NCBI GenBank assembly: GCA_034520565.1
Contig: JAXHNL010000001.1
Location: 32,001 to 96,000 of the forward strand
Origin: Halodesulfurarchaeum sp.
GTDB lineage: Archaea; Halobacteriota; Halobacteria; Halobacteriales; Halobacteriaceae
DNA: 64,000 nt
Reading direction: 5' to 3'
Shown: one piece after another, positions 10,030-19,490 of the stretch
Position numbering within the stretch: position 1 is the first letter of the stretch
How the letters are laid out: the number at the start of each line of letters is the position of its first letter
The notes under the pieces: generated by a model
What the model saw: only the letters and a program-made list of their open reading frames with translations
What the model was told of the DNA's origin: nothing
The model's database searches: none
Position numbers and translations under genes: made by a program

Positions 10030-11796
10030 ATGAGAAACGCGAAAATCGTCTGCACCCTCGGCCCGGCCACCGGGGATCGGGACTCGATACGGGCCCTCGC
10101 GGACGCCGGGATGACCGTGGCCCGGATCAACTCCAGTCACGGGACCCGCGCCGACAGGGCCGCGCTCATCGAGCGTGCGAAGCGGGTCGACGCCGAGACC
10201 GACAAGCCGGTCGCGGTCATGGTCGACCTCCAGGGACCGGAAATCCGGACCGGCGAGACCGACGAGCCGATCGAACTGGCCACCGGGTCGACTGTCACAT
10301 TCCTCGAGTCCAGCGAAGTCACCCCGGAACGAATCGGACTCACGACCGACATTTCCCGGGTCGAGCCGGGCGATCTGGTGTTGCTCGACGACGGACGTAT
10401 CGAGACGGAAGTCGAGACCGTGGAAGACGGGCTCGTACAGGCGAGGGTGGTGAGCGGTGGGAAACTCGAGAGCCGAAAGGGCGTGAACGTGCCGGGCGTG
10501 GACCTCGACGTGGACGTCGTTACCGAGAAGGACCGGGCCGATCTCGAACTCGCCGTCGAGGCCGGAGCCGACTTCGTCGCTGCCAGTTTCGTCCGCGACG
10601 CGGCGGACGTCATCGAAGTCGGTCGAGCCATCGAGTCCCTGGGCGCCGAGATACCGGTTATCGCCAAGATCGAGCGAGCCGACGCCGTTTCCCATCTCGA
10701 CGATATCATCGGGGCCGCGCAGGGAATCATGGTCGCCCGTGGCGACCTTGGCGTCGAACTCCCGATGGAGGACGTACCGCTCATCCAGAAACGGATCATC
10801 ACGAAGAGCCAGGCGGCCGGGGTACCGGTGATCACCGCGACCGAAATGCTCGATTCCATGATCGAGCAGGCCCGCCCGACGCGCGCGGAGGCCTCGGACG
10901 TGGCGAATGCGGTCCTCGACGGAACCGACGCGCTAATGCTTTCCGCGGAGACTGCAATCGGAACGGATCCAACCCGGGTCGTCGAGACGATGGACCGGAT
11001 CATCCGGGAGATCGAGTCGTCCCGGGAGTACGCCGACATCGTCGAGCAGCGAGTCCCCGAGGCCTCGAGGGAGAGCCGGACCGACGCGCTCGCCCGCTCG
11101 GCGCGCTACCTGGCCAGAGACGTCGACGCGAGCGCCGTCGTGGTGGCGAGCGAGTCGGGATACACCGCCCGTCGGGTCGCCAAGTTCCGGCCGAGTGTCC
11201 CCGTCGTCGCGACAACGCCGAGCGACCACGTCCGTCGCCAGTTGGGTCTCGTCTGGGGTGTCAACGCCCAGTACGCCGACGTGCAGACGGGAACGGCGAC
11301 CACGGTCATCCAGGATTCCGTGCGAGCGGCCCTCGATTCGGGGGTGATCGACCCGGGTGACACCGTCGTGGTCCTCACCGGTATGATGACCGAACTCGAG
11401 GGCGAGGATACGACGAACACGCTCAAAGTACATGTCGCCGCCGAGACGCTGGCAGTCGGTCGCGGCGTGGTCGACGGCCGGGTTGCAGGCCCGATAGTCG
11501 AACTCGAGGGGGCCGACCTCTCCGCCATCGAGCCGGGAGGGATCGCCATCATCCGGTCGGACTTCGGGGAGGAGTTGACCGACGGCGTGGAAAACCTGGG
11601 CGGCATCATCAGTGCCCGATCGGGAATGACGAGCTACGCCGCCATGGTGGCCCGCGAACTCGGCATTCCGATGGTCAGCGGCGCTGACATCGATGACCTC
11701 CAGCCCGGCCAACGGGTGACGATCGACGGCGAGCGAGGGGTCGTCTACGAGGGCGACGTGACGAAGTCTGAACGCGACCGACGGGGGAACCGATGA
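10030..11796 (+). CDS. pyk: Pyruvate kinase with C-terminal PEP-utiliser mobile domain
   Basis: KIVCTLGPA, DLQGPEIR, IAKIE, MVARGDLGVE, PTRAEASDVANA. Confidence 0.96.
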   Translation: MRNAKIVCTLGPATGDRDSIRALADAGMTVARINSSHGTRADRAALIERAKRVDAETDKPVAVMVDLQGPEIRTGETDEPIELATGSTVTFLESSEVTPERIGLTTDISRVEPGDLVLLDDGRIETEVETVEDGLVQARVVSGGKLESRKGVNVPGVDLDVDVVTEKDRADLELAVEAGADFVAASFVRDAADVIEVGRAIESLGAEIPVIAKIERADAVSHLDDIIGAAQGIMVARGDLGVELPMEDVPLIQKRIITKSQAAGVPVITATEMLDSMIEQARPTRAEASDVANAVLDGTDALMLSAETAIGTDPTRVVETMDRIIREIESSREYADIVEQRVPEASRESRTDALARSARYLARDVDASAVVVASESGYTARRVAKFRPSVPVVATTPSDHVRRQLGLVWGVNAQYADVQTGTATTVIQDSVRAALDSGVIDPGDTVVVLTGMMTELEGEDTTNTLKVHVAAETLAVGRGVVDGRVAGPIVELEGADLSAIEPGGIAIIRSDFGEELTDGVENLGGIISARSGMTSYAAMVARELGIPMVSGADIDDLQPGQRVTIDGERGVVYEGDVTKSERDRRGNR

Positions 11797-11945
11797 GCGA
11801 CTGGAAGTTCGACGTCGACGAGGTCGGGCCCGAGGCCGAGCCGGCCGTACCGGAGATCGAACCCGGGACGCCGCGACTCGAAAACGTGCTTCCCTTCCTG
11901 TTCGGTGCCGGACTGGCGGTCGCGTTGCTCCTCGTGAGTCTCTGA
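11793..11945 (+). CDS. Small single-TM protein (50 aa), not in the ORF track
   Basis: ATGA overlap with the pyk stop; MSDWKFDVDEVGPEAEPAVPEIEPGTPRLENVLPFLFGAGLAVALLLVSL has an acidic N-terminus and a C-terminal TM helix. Confidence 0.75.
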   Translation: MSDWKFDVDEVGPEAEPAVPEIEPGTPRLENVLPFLFGAGLAVALLLVSL

Positions 11946-12028
11946 AGCCGACGATTCGAACGCGGAGGGATCCGTCAACCCACGCTGCCCGGGTAACGGT
12001 TTTCCCCGCCGCGCCCAAACGGTGTGAC

Positions 12029-12580
12029 ATGGTATCGCTCCTTGGCGAGTCGCTGAGTACGCTCCTCCTCGTGGCTGGCCTCATCCTCGTTGTCCTCGAG
12101 GGGTTCGCACCCGGAGCCCACTTCATCGTCATCGGGGTGGCCCTCCTCGCTGCAGGGCTCCTCGGCGTACTCGTCCCGGCAGCGGCGACGCCACTCGTCC
12201 TCGGGCTCACAGTGCTACTCGCGGGTGCCGCGTCGTTTTACCTCTACCGGCACTTCGAATTCTACGCCGGGACTGATCGCGGGAAAACGGAGGGGTCTGC
12301 GGAACTCGTCGGCGCACGGGGCTACGCGCTGGAGCGGGTAACGCCCAGGGAGGGGCGGGTGAAAATCGAATCCGGCGGCTTCGACCCGACCTACGCCGCC
12401 CGAAGTATCGAGGGCGTGATCCCCGAGGGAACGCCGATCGTGGTCGTGGATCCAGGCGGGGGCAACGTGCTGAAAGTCGAGGCGATCGGCGAAGCCGACG
12501 ACATCGATCGGGAGCTGGAACGGGCGGCCCAGACGGCCGATCGGGCCGAACGCGAACCAACCCCCGAACGAACCGAATAG
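12029..12580 (+). CDS. nfeD: NfeD-like membrane protein (short NfeD)
   Basis: N-terminal TM helices, C-terminal OB-like domain (LVGARG...GRVKI...GGNVLKVE), adjacent to an SPFH gene. Confidence 0.85.
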   Translation: MVSLLGESLSTLLLVAGLILVVLEGFAPGAHFIVIGVALLAAGLLGVLVPAAATPLVLGLTVLLAGAASFYLYRHFEFYAGTDRGKTEGSAELVGARGYALERVTPREGRVKIESGGFDPTYAARSIEGVIPEGTPIVVVDPGGGNVLKVEAIGEADDIDRELERAAQTADRAEREPTPERTE

Positions 12581-12656
12581 CGGCTGGGTCGCGGAAAAGC
12601 GGGGCGAGGTTGACCGGCTGGCGCACCTTTATCAGGCATCGGAGGCTAGATAACGT

Positions 12657-13760
12657 ATGACATTCCTCCCCCTGCAAACGGTCCCGAGCGTGTCGTCGCT
12701 GACGGTGGTCGGGTTGCTGGCCCTGATCCTGCTGATCGTCGCCGTCTATCAGGCAGTGGAGATCGTCGACGCGTACGAAAAGGAAGCCTTGACCGTCTTC
12801 GGCGAGTTCCGGGGGCTCCTCGAGCCGGGGATCAACTTCATCCCGCCATTCGTCTCCCGCACTTACATCTTCGACATGCGGACCCAGACGATCGACGTGC
12901 CCCGCCAGGAGGCCATCACGCGGGACAACTCGCCGGTGACCGCGGACGCCGTCGTCTATATCCGCGTGATGAACGCGAAACGGGCGTTCCTCGAGGTCGA
13001 TGACTACAAGCGAGCCGTCTCGAACCTCGCCCAGACCACCCTTCGCGCGGTCATCGGCGACATGGAACTCGACGACACGCTCAACAAGCGCCAGGAGATC
13101 AACGCCCGCATCCGGAAGGAACTCGACGAGCCGACCGACGAGTGGGGTATCCGCGTCGAGTCCGTCGAGGTGCGGGAGGTCAACCCGTCGAAGGACGTCC
13201 AGCAGGCGATGGAACAACAGACCTCGGCGGAGCGAAAGCGCCGGGCCATGATCCTCGAAGCCCAGGGAGAGCGCCAGTCCGCGATCGAGCGGGCAGAGGG
13301 AGAAAAGCGCTCGAACATCATCCGCGCACAGGGTGAAAAGCAATCGCAGATCCTCGAAGCCCAGGGAGATGCAGTCTCCACGGTCCTTCGGGCCCGCTCT
13401 GCGGAATCCATGGGCGAGCGCGCCGTGATCGAGCGCGGGCTCGAAGCCCTGGAGGTCATCGGCGGTGCCGAATCCACGACGTTTGTCCTCCCACAGGAAC
13501 TCACCTCCCTGCTGGGTCGGTACGGCAAGCAGTTGACCGACAGCGACGTCTCGGAGGCGACCGAAAAACTCGACAGCCTCGAGTTCGACGCGGACACCCG
13601 GGAACTGCTCGGTCTCGACAACATCGAGGAGATCCTGGACGAGATCGGTGCACCCATGAACGTGGAGGAAGGAGATCTCACCGAAGGGACCGGCTCGATC
13701 AAGCCGGCAGAGGAGGTCATCGAGGAAATGGACGCCGAACTCGAAGACGACACCAACTAA
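12657..13760 (+). CDS. SPFH/band 7 (stomatin-like) membrane protein
   Basis: LEPGINFIPPF, QEAITRDN, AQTTLRAVIG, AERKRRAMILEAQGE repeats. Confidence 0.93.
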   Translation: MTFLPLQTVPSVSSLTVVGLLALILLIVAVYQAVEIVDAYEKEALTVFGEFRGLLEPGINFIPPFVSRTYIFDMRTQTIDVPRQEAITRDNSPVTADAVVYIRVMNAKRAFLEVDDYKRAVSNLAQTTLRAVIGDMELDDTLNKRQEINARIRKELDEPTDEWGIRVESVEVREVNPSKDVQQAMEQQTSAERKRRAMILEAQGERQSAIERAEGEKRSNIIRAQGEKQSQILEAQGDAVSTVLRARSAESMGERAVIERGLEALEVIGGAESTTFVLPQELTSLLGRYGKQLTDSDVSEATEKLDSLEFDADTRELLGLDNIEEILDEIGAPMNVEEGDLTEGTGSIKPAEEVIEEMDAELEDDTN

Positions 13761-13770
13761 CGCTCAAGCC

Positions 13771-14367
13771 GTGACAATCGACGAGGAGAAGCGAACGACA
13801 CTTCGGAAATTCGCCGCCGTCGGCGCGGGGAGCCCGTTGCTGGGGCTTGCCGAGGGCGAGGAGAGGGAAAGCGACGCCCGCGACGCGATCGCCGGCTACG
13901 TCGAGACCACGCCGGGCGCCCACTTCTCGAAGATCAGGGACGATCTCACACTCGCCACGGGGGAGACCCAGTATCACCTCCGTCGACTCACGTCGAACGA
14001 CGAACTCGAGGTGTGTCGGGACGGCGACTACAAACGCTATTTCTCGGCCGGTCAGTTCTCCCGGTTCGAACAGCGAGCACTCGGCTATCTCAGACGCTCC
14101 ACACCACGAGCGATGCTCCTCGCCCTCCTGGAAGAGCCGACGCTCACCGGGGCATCTCTCGCAGAGAATGTCGGGGTCTCGCCAGCCACGATCAGCAATT
14201 ACGCTGGCGAGATGGCCGAGGCAGGGCTACTCGATCGGCAAGACGGCTATCACGTGAGCAATCCCGAGACGGTAATCTCGCTACTGCTCAGGTATGCCCC
14301 ATCCTTCGACGGGGAAACGAAAACGTTTGCGAGGAAAGCGGCCACGCTTTTCACCTACGATCCGTAA
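13771..14367 (+). CDS. Tandem winged helix-turn-helix transcriptional regulator
   Basis: PGAHFSKIRDDL..GETQYHLRRL and a second HTH 'SLAENVGVSPATISNY'. Confidence 0.8.
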   Translation: MTIDEEKRTTLRKFAAVGAGSPLLGLAEGEERESDARDAIAGYVETTPGAHFSKIRDDLTLATGETQYHLRRLTSNDELEVCRDGDYKRYFSAGQFSRFEQRALGYLRRSTPRAMLLALLEEPTLTGASLAENVGVSPATISNYAGEMAEAGLLDRQDGYHVSNPETVISLLLRYAPSFDGETKTFARKAATLFTYDP

Positions 14368-14377
14368 CGGACTGCAT

Positions 14378-14626
14378 TCAGGCAGTGGTTACCTGCCAGG
14401 TCGTCGACGAAGAGTAGCCCCACTGTTCGATCTCGAGCCCGTGTTCGGCCCCGGCGATGGCCCGCATGTTCGAACCGACCTCCTTGGCCGAGAGGCCGAG
14501 TTCCTCGCCGATGAGTCGAGATTTGAAGTACGTCTCCGTCGAAACTCGCTCGCGGAGATAGCCGAGGATGCGACGCTGTTTCGGCGTCAATCCGTCCTGA
14601 TCCAGTTCGGCCGCCGAGGCTCCCAT
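14378..14626 (-). CDS. Small HTH-like DNA-binding protein
   Basis: YFKSRLIGEELGLSAKEVG...IEQWGYSSSTTW pattern of a small haloarchaeal wHTH family; start taken at MGASAAE. Confidence 0.7.
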   Translation of the reverse strand: MGASAAELDQDGLTPKQRRILGYLRERVSTETYFKSRLIGEELGLSAKEVGSNMRAIAGAEHGLEIEQWGYSSSTTWQVTTA

Positions 14627-14779
14627 AAAGACCTGTACGGGAGCCACGACAAAAGCCGGTTTGGTACGATGGGTTAATCCCGGGCCGTCGAGTGGCCAAC
14701 CGATTCGGTTGGGCCGGCCGCGTTCGAACCGTTCCGCAGTTCAGAAAGTTCTTATCGCGGCCTCCCCGACCACCGAGAC

Positions 14780-16618
14780 ATGGATCGGTCGGCCGTCGCG
14801 GTGAGCGTCGTCCTCCCTGCGTACAACGAGGAGGCGACCATCGAGTCGACCGTCGAAACCACTCTCGAAACCCTCGAGGAATTCCTCGCACCCGGGGAAT
14901 TCGAGGTCATCATCGCCGAAGACGGCTGCGAGGACCGAACGCCGGAGATCGCCGACCGACTCGCCGCGACGGACGACCGGATCCGCCACGACCACAGCGA
15001 GGAACGGCTCGGCCGAGGCGAGGCCCTGAATCGAGCCTTCGAGGCGGCCGCCGGGGACACCCTCGTCTACTTCGATACGGATCTCGCGACGGACATGGCC
15101 CACCTCGAGGAACTCATCGAGAGTGTGAAATCCGGAGAGTACGATCTCGCGACGGGTTCCCGCTGGATGCCGGGCGAGGAGGCCGATCGACCGCCGAAGC
15201 GGGCGATTTCGAGTCGGGGCTTTAATTTTCTCGTCCGGACCCTGCTGGGCTCGCAACTCCGGGACCACCAGGCCGGCTTCAAGGCGTTCAGCCGGGAGGC
15301 GTTCGAGGAACTGCGACCGATCGTCAAGGACACCCACTGGTTCTGGGACACGGAGATGCTCGTCAAGGCCCAGCGACGGGGCTTCGCGGTGAAGGAGTTC
15401 GCCGTCAACTGGACGCCAAAGGGGGATTCGAAGGTCGACCTCGTCCGAGACGTGCTGGGAATGGGAAGCCAGATCCTCCGGACTGCCTGGGAACTCAGAG
15501 TCAAGCCGTACGCGAACCGGCGGACGGGGATGGTCGCAGGACTGCTGCTCTCCGTGCTCGCGATCGCGTTGATGTTCCTCTACCTCGACGTCGAACGGGT
15601 GATTTCCGAAATCCTCGGCGCGGACCCCGCCCTCATCGGACTGGCCGCACTGATTTACGTCCTCTCGTGGCCGATTCGGGGGTGGCGATACGGGGACATC
15701 CTCGCGGCACTGGGCTATCGAGAGAAAACCGGCTTTCTGACCGGCGCAATATTCATCAGCCAGACGGGCAACCTCGTGTTTCCGGCACGGGCAGGGGACG
15801 CCGTTCGGGCCTACGTCGTCAAGGCGCGACGGGCCGTCCCGTACACGACTGGCTTCGCGTCCCTGGCTGTCGAGCGGGTCTTCGACCTGCTCACGATCAC
15901 GATGTTGGCCGGGAGCGTCCTCCTCGGAATGGCCGCACTGGCCCCGGAACAAGTCGGGGCGTTGACACAAACGCTCTTCGAGGGAGTCGGGCTTTCCGGA
16001 GCTCAGCAGGAGAGCGCACAGACTGCCGTCCTCGTGGCGAGCACGGTCGGCGCCGGGGCGATTGCCGCGGTCGTCGTGATCGTTCTCTCGGCCCGATCCG
16101 ACCGCAACCGCATCCGGGAACTCGTGGAGTGGGCCTCCGAAGACTCGTACGTCGAATTCGTCGCCACGATTCTCGAGCGGTTCGTCTCGGACGTCCAGCG
16201 GGTGGCTGCAGAACCCCGGGCGTTCACGCGGGTCGGCGTCGCCAGCCTGGCCATCTGGGTGATCGACGTCCTCACGGCTCTGCTCGTTTTTCTCGCCTTC
16301 GGGGTCGAGGTCCCGCTGGGATTGCTCCTCGCGGTGAGTTTCTTCGCGGTGAGCGTCGGCAACCTCGCGAAGGTTCTCCCGCTCTCACCGGGCGGGATCG
16401 GCCTGTACGAGGCAGCGTTCACGGTTCTCGTCGTCGCGATGACCGGCGTAAATCCTTCGCTGGCCTTTGGGGCCGCCATCGTCGACCACGGGATCAAAAA
16501 CGCGATCACCGTACTCGGTGGGGCCGCCTCGATGGTCCTGCTCAACGTCTCGCTAACCGAGGCGATGGAGGGGTCCTCGGAGGTCGAGGAACAGGCCGAC
16601 CCGATGGATTCACCGTGA
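14780..16618 (+). CDS. aglD: GT2 dolichyl-phosphate glycosyltransferase fused to a flippase-like membrane domain (AglD-like)
   Basis: VVLPAYNEE, AEDG, DTD, DHQAGFKAF, WFWDTE; C-terminal lysylphosphatidylglycerol-synthase-like TM domain (PARAGD, ERVFD, SPGGIG). Confidence 0.82.
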   Translation: MDRSAVAVSVVLPAYNEEATIESTVETTLETLEEFLAPGEFEVIIAEDGCEDRTPEIADRLAATDDRIRHDHSEERLGRGEALNRAFEAAAGDTLVYFDTDLATDMAHLEELIESVKSGEYDLATGSRWMPGEEADRPPKRAISSRGFNFLVRTLLGSQLRDHQAGFKAFSREAFEELRPIVKDTHWFWDTEMLVKAQRRGFAVKEFAVNWTPKGDSKVDLVRDVLGMGSQILRTAWELRVKPYANRRTGMVAGLLLSVLAIALMFLYLDVERVISEILGADPALIGLAALIYVLSWPIRGWRYGDILAALGYREKTGFLTGAIFISQTGNLVFPARAGDAVRAYVVKARRAVPYTTGFASLAVERVFDLLTITMLAGSVLLGMAALAPEQVGALTQTLFEGVGLSGAQQESAQTAVLVASTVGAGAIAAVVVIVLSARSDRNRIRELVEWASEDSYVEFVATILERFVSDVQRVAAEPRAFTRVGVASLAIWVIDVLTALLVFLAFGVEVPLGLLLAVSFFAVSVGNLAKVLPLSPGGIGLYEAAFTVLVVAMTGVNPSLAFGAAIVDHGIKNAITVLGGAASMVLLNVSLTEAMEGSSEVEEQADPMDSP

Positions 16619-16637
16619 AATCACACGGCCGAACCGG

Positions 16638-17153
16638 TCAGTCGTAGTGCTCGGAGATAATCGGCCCGAGAGCGACGGCCACGGCGTGGCGCAGGGCGTC
16701 CTCGCGGCCGATCGTGTTCTCGGTGAAGACGCCGACTGCACCCGATTCCTCCTTGATACCGTCCGTGCCGAGCAACTCGTCCAACAGGGGCCCGAGTTCG
16801 GCCCCGCGCTCGATGTCCGTGGCGATCGAATCGGGAAGCCGGAGCCGCGGGCCCGAGCCAAGCGAGTGGCCCGATCCGTCGTCGATAGCGGCCCACATGG
16901 TCAAAAACTTCCCGTCGAGGCCGTCGATCGTGGCGACGCCGCCTTCGATACCCACGCCGAGATCGTAGTCCCCTGCCGCCAGGGCCCGTCGCGCCCGGTT
17001 TTTCGCACCCTCGATCGTTTCAGCCGTCGATCGCGGCTGTTCGGAGACCCCCGATTCGACTGTCACGCGGTCGATCGAGGACGCCAGGTCCCCGAAAGCA
17101 CCCACCGTCGCCGCGTATTTGACCGGGTTTCCGCTGCCGACAGCAACACGCAT
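16638..17153 (-). CDS. yjjX: Inosine/xanthosine triphosphatase (YjjX/DUF84)
   Basis: VGSGNPVK, SGVSEQP, GAKNRA, VGIEGG, ELGP; ATG at 17153. Confidence 0.85.
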   Translation of the reverse strand: MRVAVGSGNPVKYAATVGAFGDLASSIDRVTVESGVSEQPRSTAETIEGAKNRARRALAAGDYDLGVGIEGGVATIDGLDGKFLTMWAAIDDGSGHSLGSGPRLRLPDSIATDIERGAELGPLLDELLGTDGIKEESGAVGVFTENTIGREDALRHAVAVALGPIISEHYD

Positions 17154-17337
17154 ACGGGACGGTCCGGGTTCCAAACAATCAGTGTTTCGCTCCGGATTCG
17201 TGTCCGTTTTCCAATAATTGAGAATATTCGAAGGGAATCCGAATCGGGGCGGGTGTGTTACAAAACGAAACCCAAACAGTTAAGGTCGTTTTGTCGAAAC
17301 CGATGGGCCACCGAATCATCGCTTCCGGCTTACACAT

Positions 17338-18292
17338 ATGTCAAACGCAACTCTCAGATCGCGGGAAACCGAGGAGACCGAGACGGAACGAACGGACGGC
17401 TGTCCGGAGTGTGGCGGACTCGTCGTCCACGACGAGGAACACAGCGAGAAGGTCTGTGCGGACTGTGGCCTGGTCGTCGAGACAGACGAGATCGACCGCG
17501 GACCCGAGTGGCGGGCCTTCGACTCCCAGGAGAAAGACGAGAAGTCCCGAGTCGGTGCGCCCACCACGAACACGATGCACGACAAGGGACTCTCGACGAA
17601 CATCGACTGGCGGGACAAGGACGCCTACGGAAACTCGCTGGGCGCCCGACAGCGCCAGAAGATGCAGCGCCTGCGGAAGTGGAACGAGCGCTTCCGCACC
17701 CGGGACGCAAAAGAGCGCAACCTGAAACAGGCCCTCGGCGAGATCGATCGGATGGCCTGCGCGCTCGGCCTGCCCGGACAACGTCCGCGAGACCGCGACG
17801 CGTCATCTACCGCCGCGCACTGGAGGAGGACCTCCTCCCCGGCCGATCCATCGAGGGCGTCTCGACCGGCCTGCGTCTACGCCGCTGCCCGACAGGCGGG
17901 CGTCCCGCGCAGCCTCGACGAGATCTCCGACGTCTCCCGCGTCGAGAAGAACGAGATCGCCCGCACGTACCGCTACGTCGTCCGCGAACTGGGCCTCGAG
18001 GTCCAGCCGGCCGACCCCGAGAGCTACGTCCCACGATTCGCCTCCTCACTCGAACTCTCCGACGAGGCCGAGCACCGCGCCCGCTCGCTGCTCCAGAACG
18101 CCAAGGAGAAGGGCGTCCACAGCGGCAAAGTCGCCGGTCGGTCTCGCCGCCGCAGCCGTGTACGCTGCAGCCCTCTTGACCAACGAGAAAACGACGCAGG
18201 CAAACGTCAGCGAGGTCGCGGACATCTCCGAGGTCACGATCCGAAACCGGTATCACGAGCTGCTCGAGGCCGAGGACTCGATCCCGGTCTGA
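17338..18292 (+). CDS. tfb: Transcription initiation factor IIB, broken by four apparent +1 indels (about 17774, 17799, 17868, 18128)
   Basis: Zn ribbon CPECGG..CADCG, GPEWRAF, HDKGLST; removing the extra bases restores [23 protein letters not shown] and [23 protein letters not shown] ending at TGA 18290-18292. Confidence 0.9.
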
Positions 18293-18300
18293 ATGGGTCG

Positions 18301-19005
18301 ATGGTCGACTTCGAATCGTTTCGACTTGCGGCCTCGACGGATTCCCTGAGCGTCGAGCCCCGGGCTCGTCCCAACGCCGACCTCATCGAGTTCCGGATGG
18401 ACCTGGCCGAAAACCCGCTCGAGGCGTTAGACGACTACGACGGGGACCTCGAAATCCTGGTCACGAACCGCCCGGACTGGGAGGGCGGGAACCGGGAGGA
18501 CACCCCGGAACGCCGGGACGAACTCGTCGCCGCGCTCTCGAAGCCGGCAGTCACAGCCGTCGATCTGGAACTCAGAGCCCTCGAGAATCCCGGGCGGCGG
18601 ACGGACCTGGATCCAGTTCTGGACGTGGCCCACGAGCAGGACATCCCGATAGTCGTCTCCGTCCACGACTTCGATCACGCCCCCTCACGGAAGACGCTCG
18701 TCGACTTCGGCCACCGGGGCTGTCAGTTCGGGACGCTCGCGAAAATCGCCGTGACACCCGAGACCCACGAGTCAGTTTTGGAACTGCTGCAGGCGACCCA
18801 CGATCTGACCCAGGAAGGGCGCACCGTTGCCACGATGGCGATGGGCGAACTCGGCTCCCACACGCGGGCGATCGCCCCACTCTACGGCTCGAAGCTCGGG
18901 TACGCGCCCATCGACTCGACCGGGGGGACCGCACCGGGCCAGTTCGACCTCGAGACGCTTGCGTCGTTACTCGAAACCTTCGGGGTTCGGGCGAACCGGA
19001 TTTAA
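18301..19005 (+). CDS. aroD: Type I 3-dehydroquinate dehydratase
   Basis: IEFRMD, TNRPDWEGG, VDLEL, SVHDF, AKIAV, MAMGELGSHTR, APGQF; own ATG at 18301. Confidence 0.9.
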   Translation: MVDFESFRLAASTDSLSVEPRARPNADLIEFRMDLAENPLEALDDYDGDLEILVTNRPDWEGGNREDTPERRDELVAALSKPAVTAVDLELRALENPGRRTDLDPVLDVAHEQDIPIVVSVHDFDHAPSRKTLVDFGHRGCQFGTLAKIAVTPETHESVLELLQATHDLTQEGRTVATMAMGELGSHTRAIAPLYGSKLGYAPIDSTGGTAPGQFDLETLASLLETFGVRANRI

Positions 19006-19019
19006 AGACTTAACCGTCG

Positions 19020-19478
19020 ATGTCACGAATCTCGCGTGTGCAGCGGACCTGGTTCACGCGACGGTCGCTCGTCGCCTCGATTTTGGCGCTCGTGTACCCT
19101 GGGCTGGGTCACCTCTACCTCCGGGCCTGGCTCCGGGCCATCGCCTGGTTCGTGGTCGCGCTCATCGCCGCGGCGATGGTGATGCCCGAGTCCGCGTATG
19201 CCGCCTACGAGGCAGAGGGGTTTTCCGGACTGCTCGAAGCGAGCCAGAACCTGCCGATGGACGTCATCCTGAGCATGCTCGTCGTCCGCGTACTGAACGC
19301 GCTCGATGCCTATCTCACGGGTCTCCAGAAGGCTGTCACCAAACCCGAATCGGAAGCCGCGGCAGGCACCTGCCCCGAATGTGGCAAAGATCTCGACGAA
19401 GAACTGGATTTCTGCCCGTGGTGTACGACGCGTCTCGAACCGGACGATAACGAGCCCGAGCCGACCGTCCGACGCTAA
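19020..19478 (+). CDS. Membrane protein with C-terminal double zinc ribbon
   Basis: PGLGHLYL TM motif; CPECG...FCPWC. Confidence 0.8.
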   Translation: MSRISRVQRTWFTRRSLVASILALVYPGLGHLYLRAWLRAIAWFVVALIAAAMVMPESAYAAYEAEGFSGLLEASQNLPMDVILSMLVVRVLNALDAYLTGLQKAVTKPESEAAAGTCPECGKDLDEELDFCPWCTTRLEPDDNEPEPTVRR

Positions 19479-19490
19479 TCGCGGCTCAGT

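Noticed and set aside
17338-19005. 555-aa TFB-AroD fusion in the ORF track
   Set aside because: It is produced by a +1 indel at about 18128; the proper TFB C-terminus and stop (18292) exist in another frame and aroD has its own ATG at 18301
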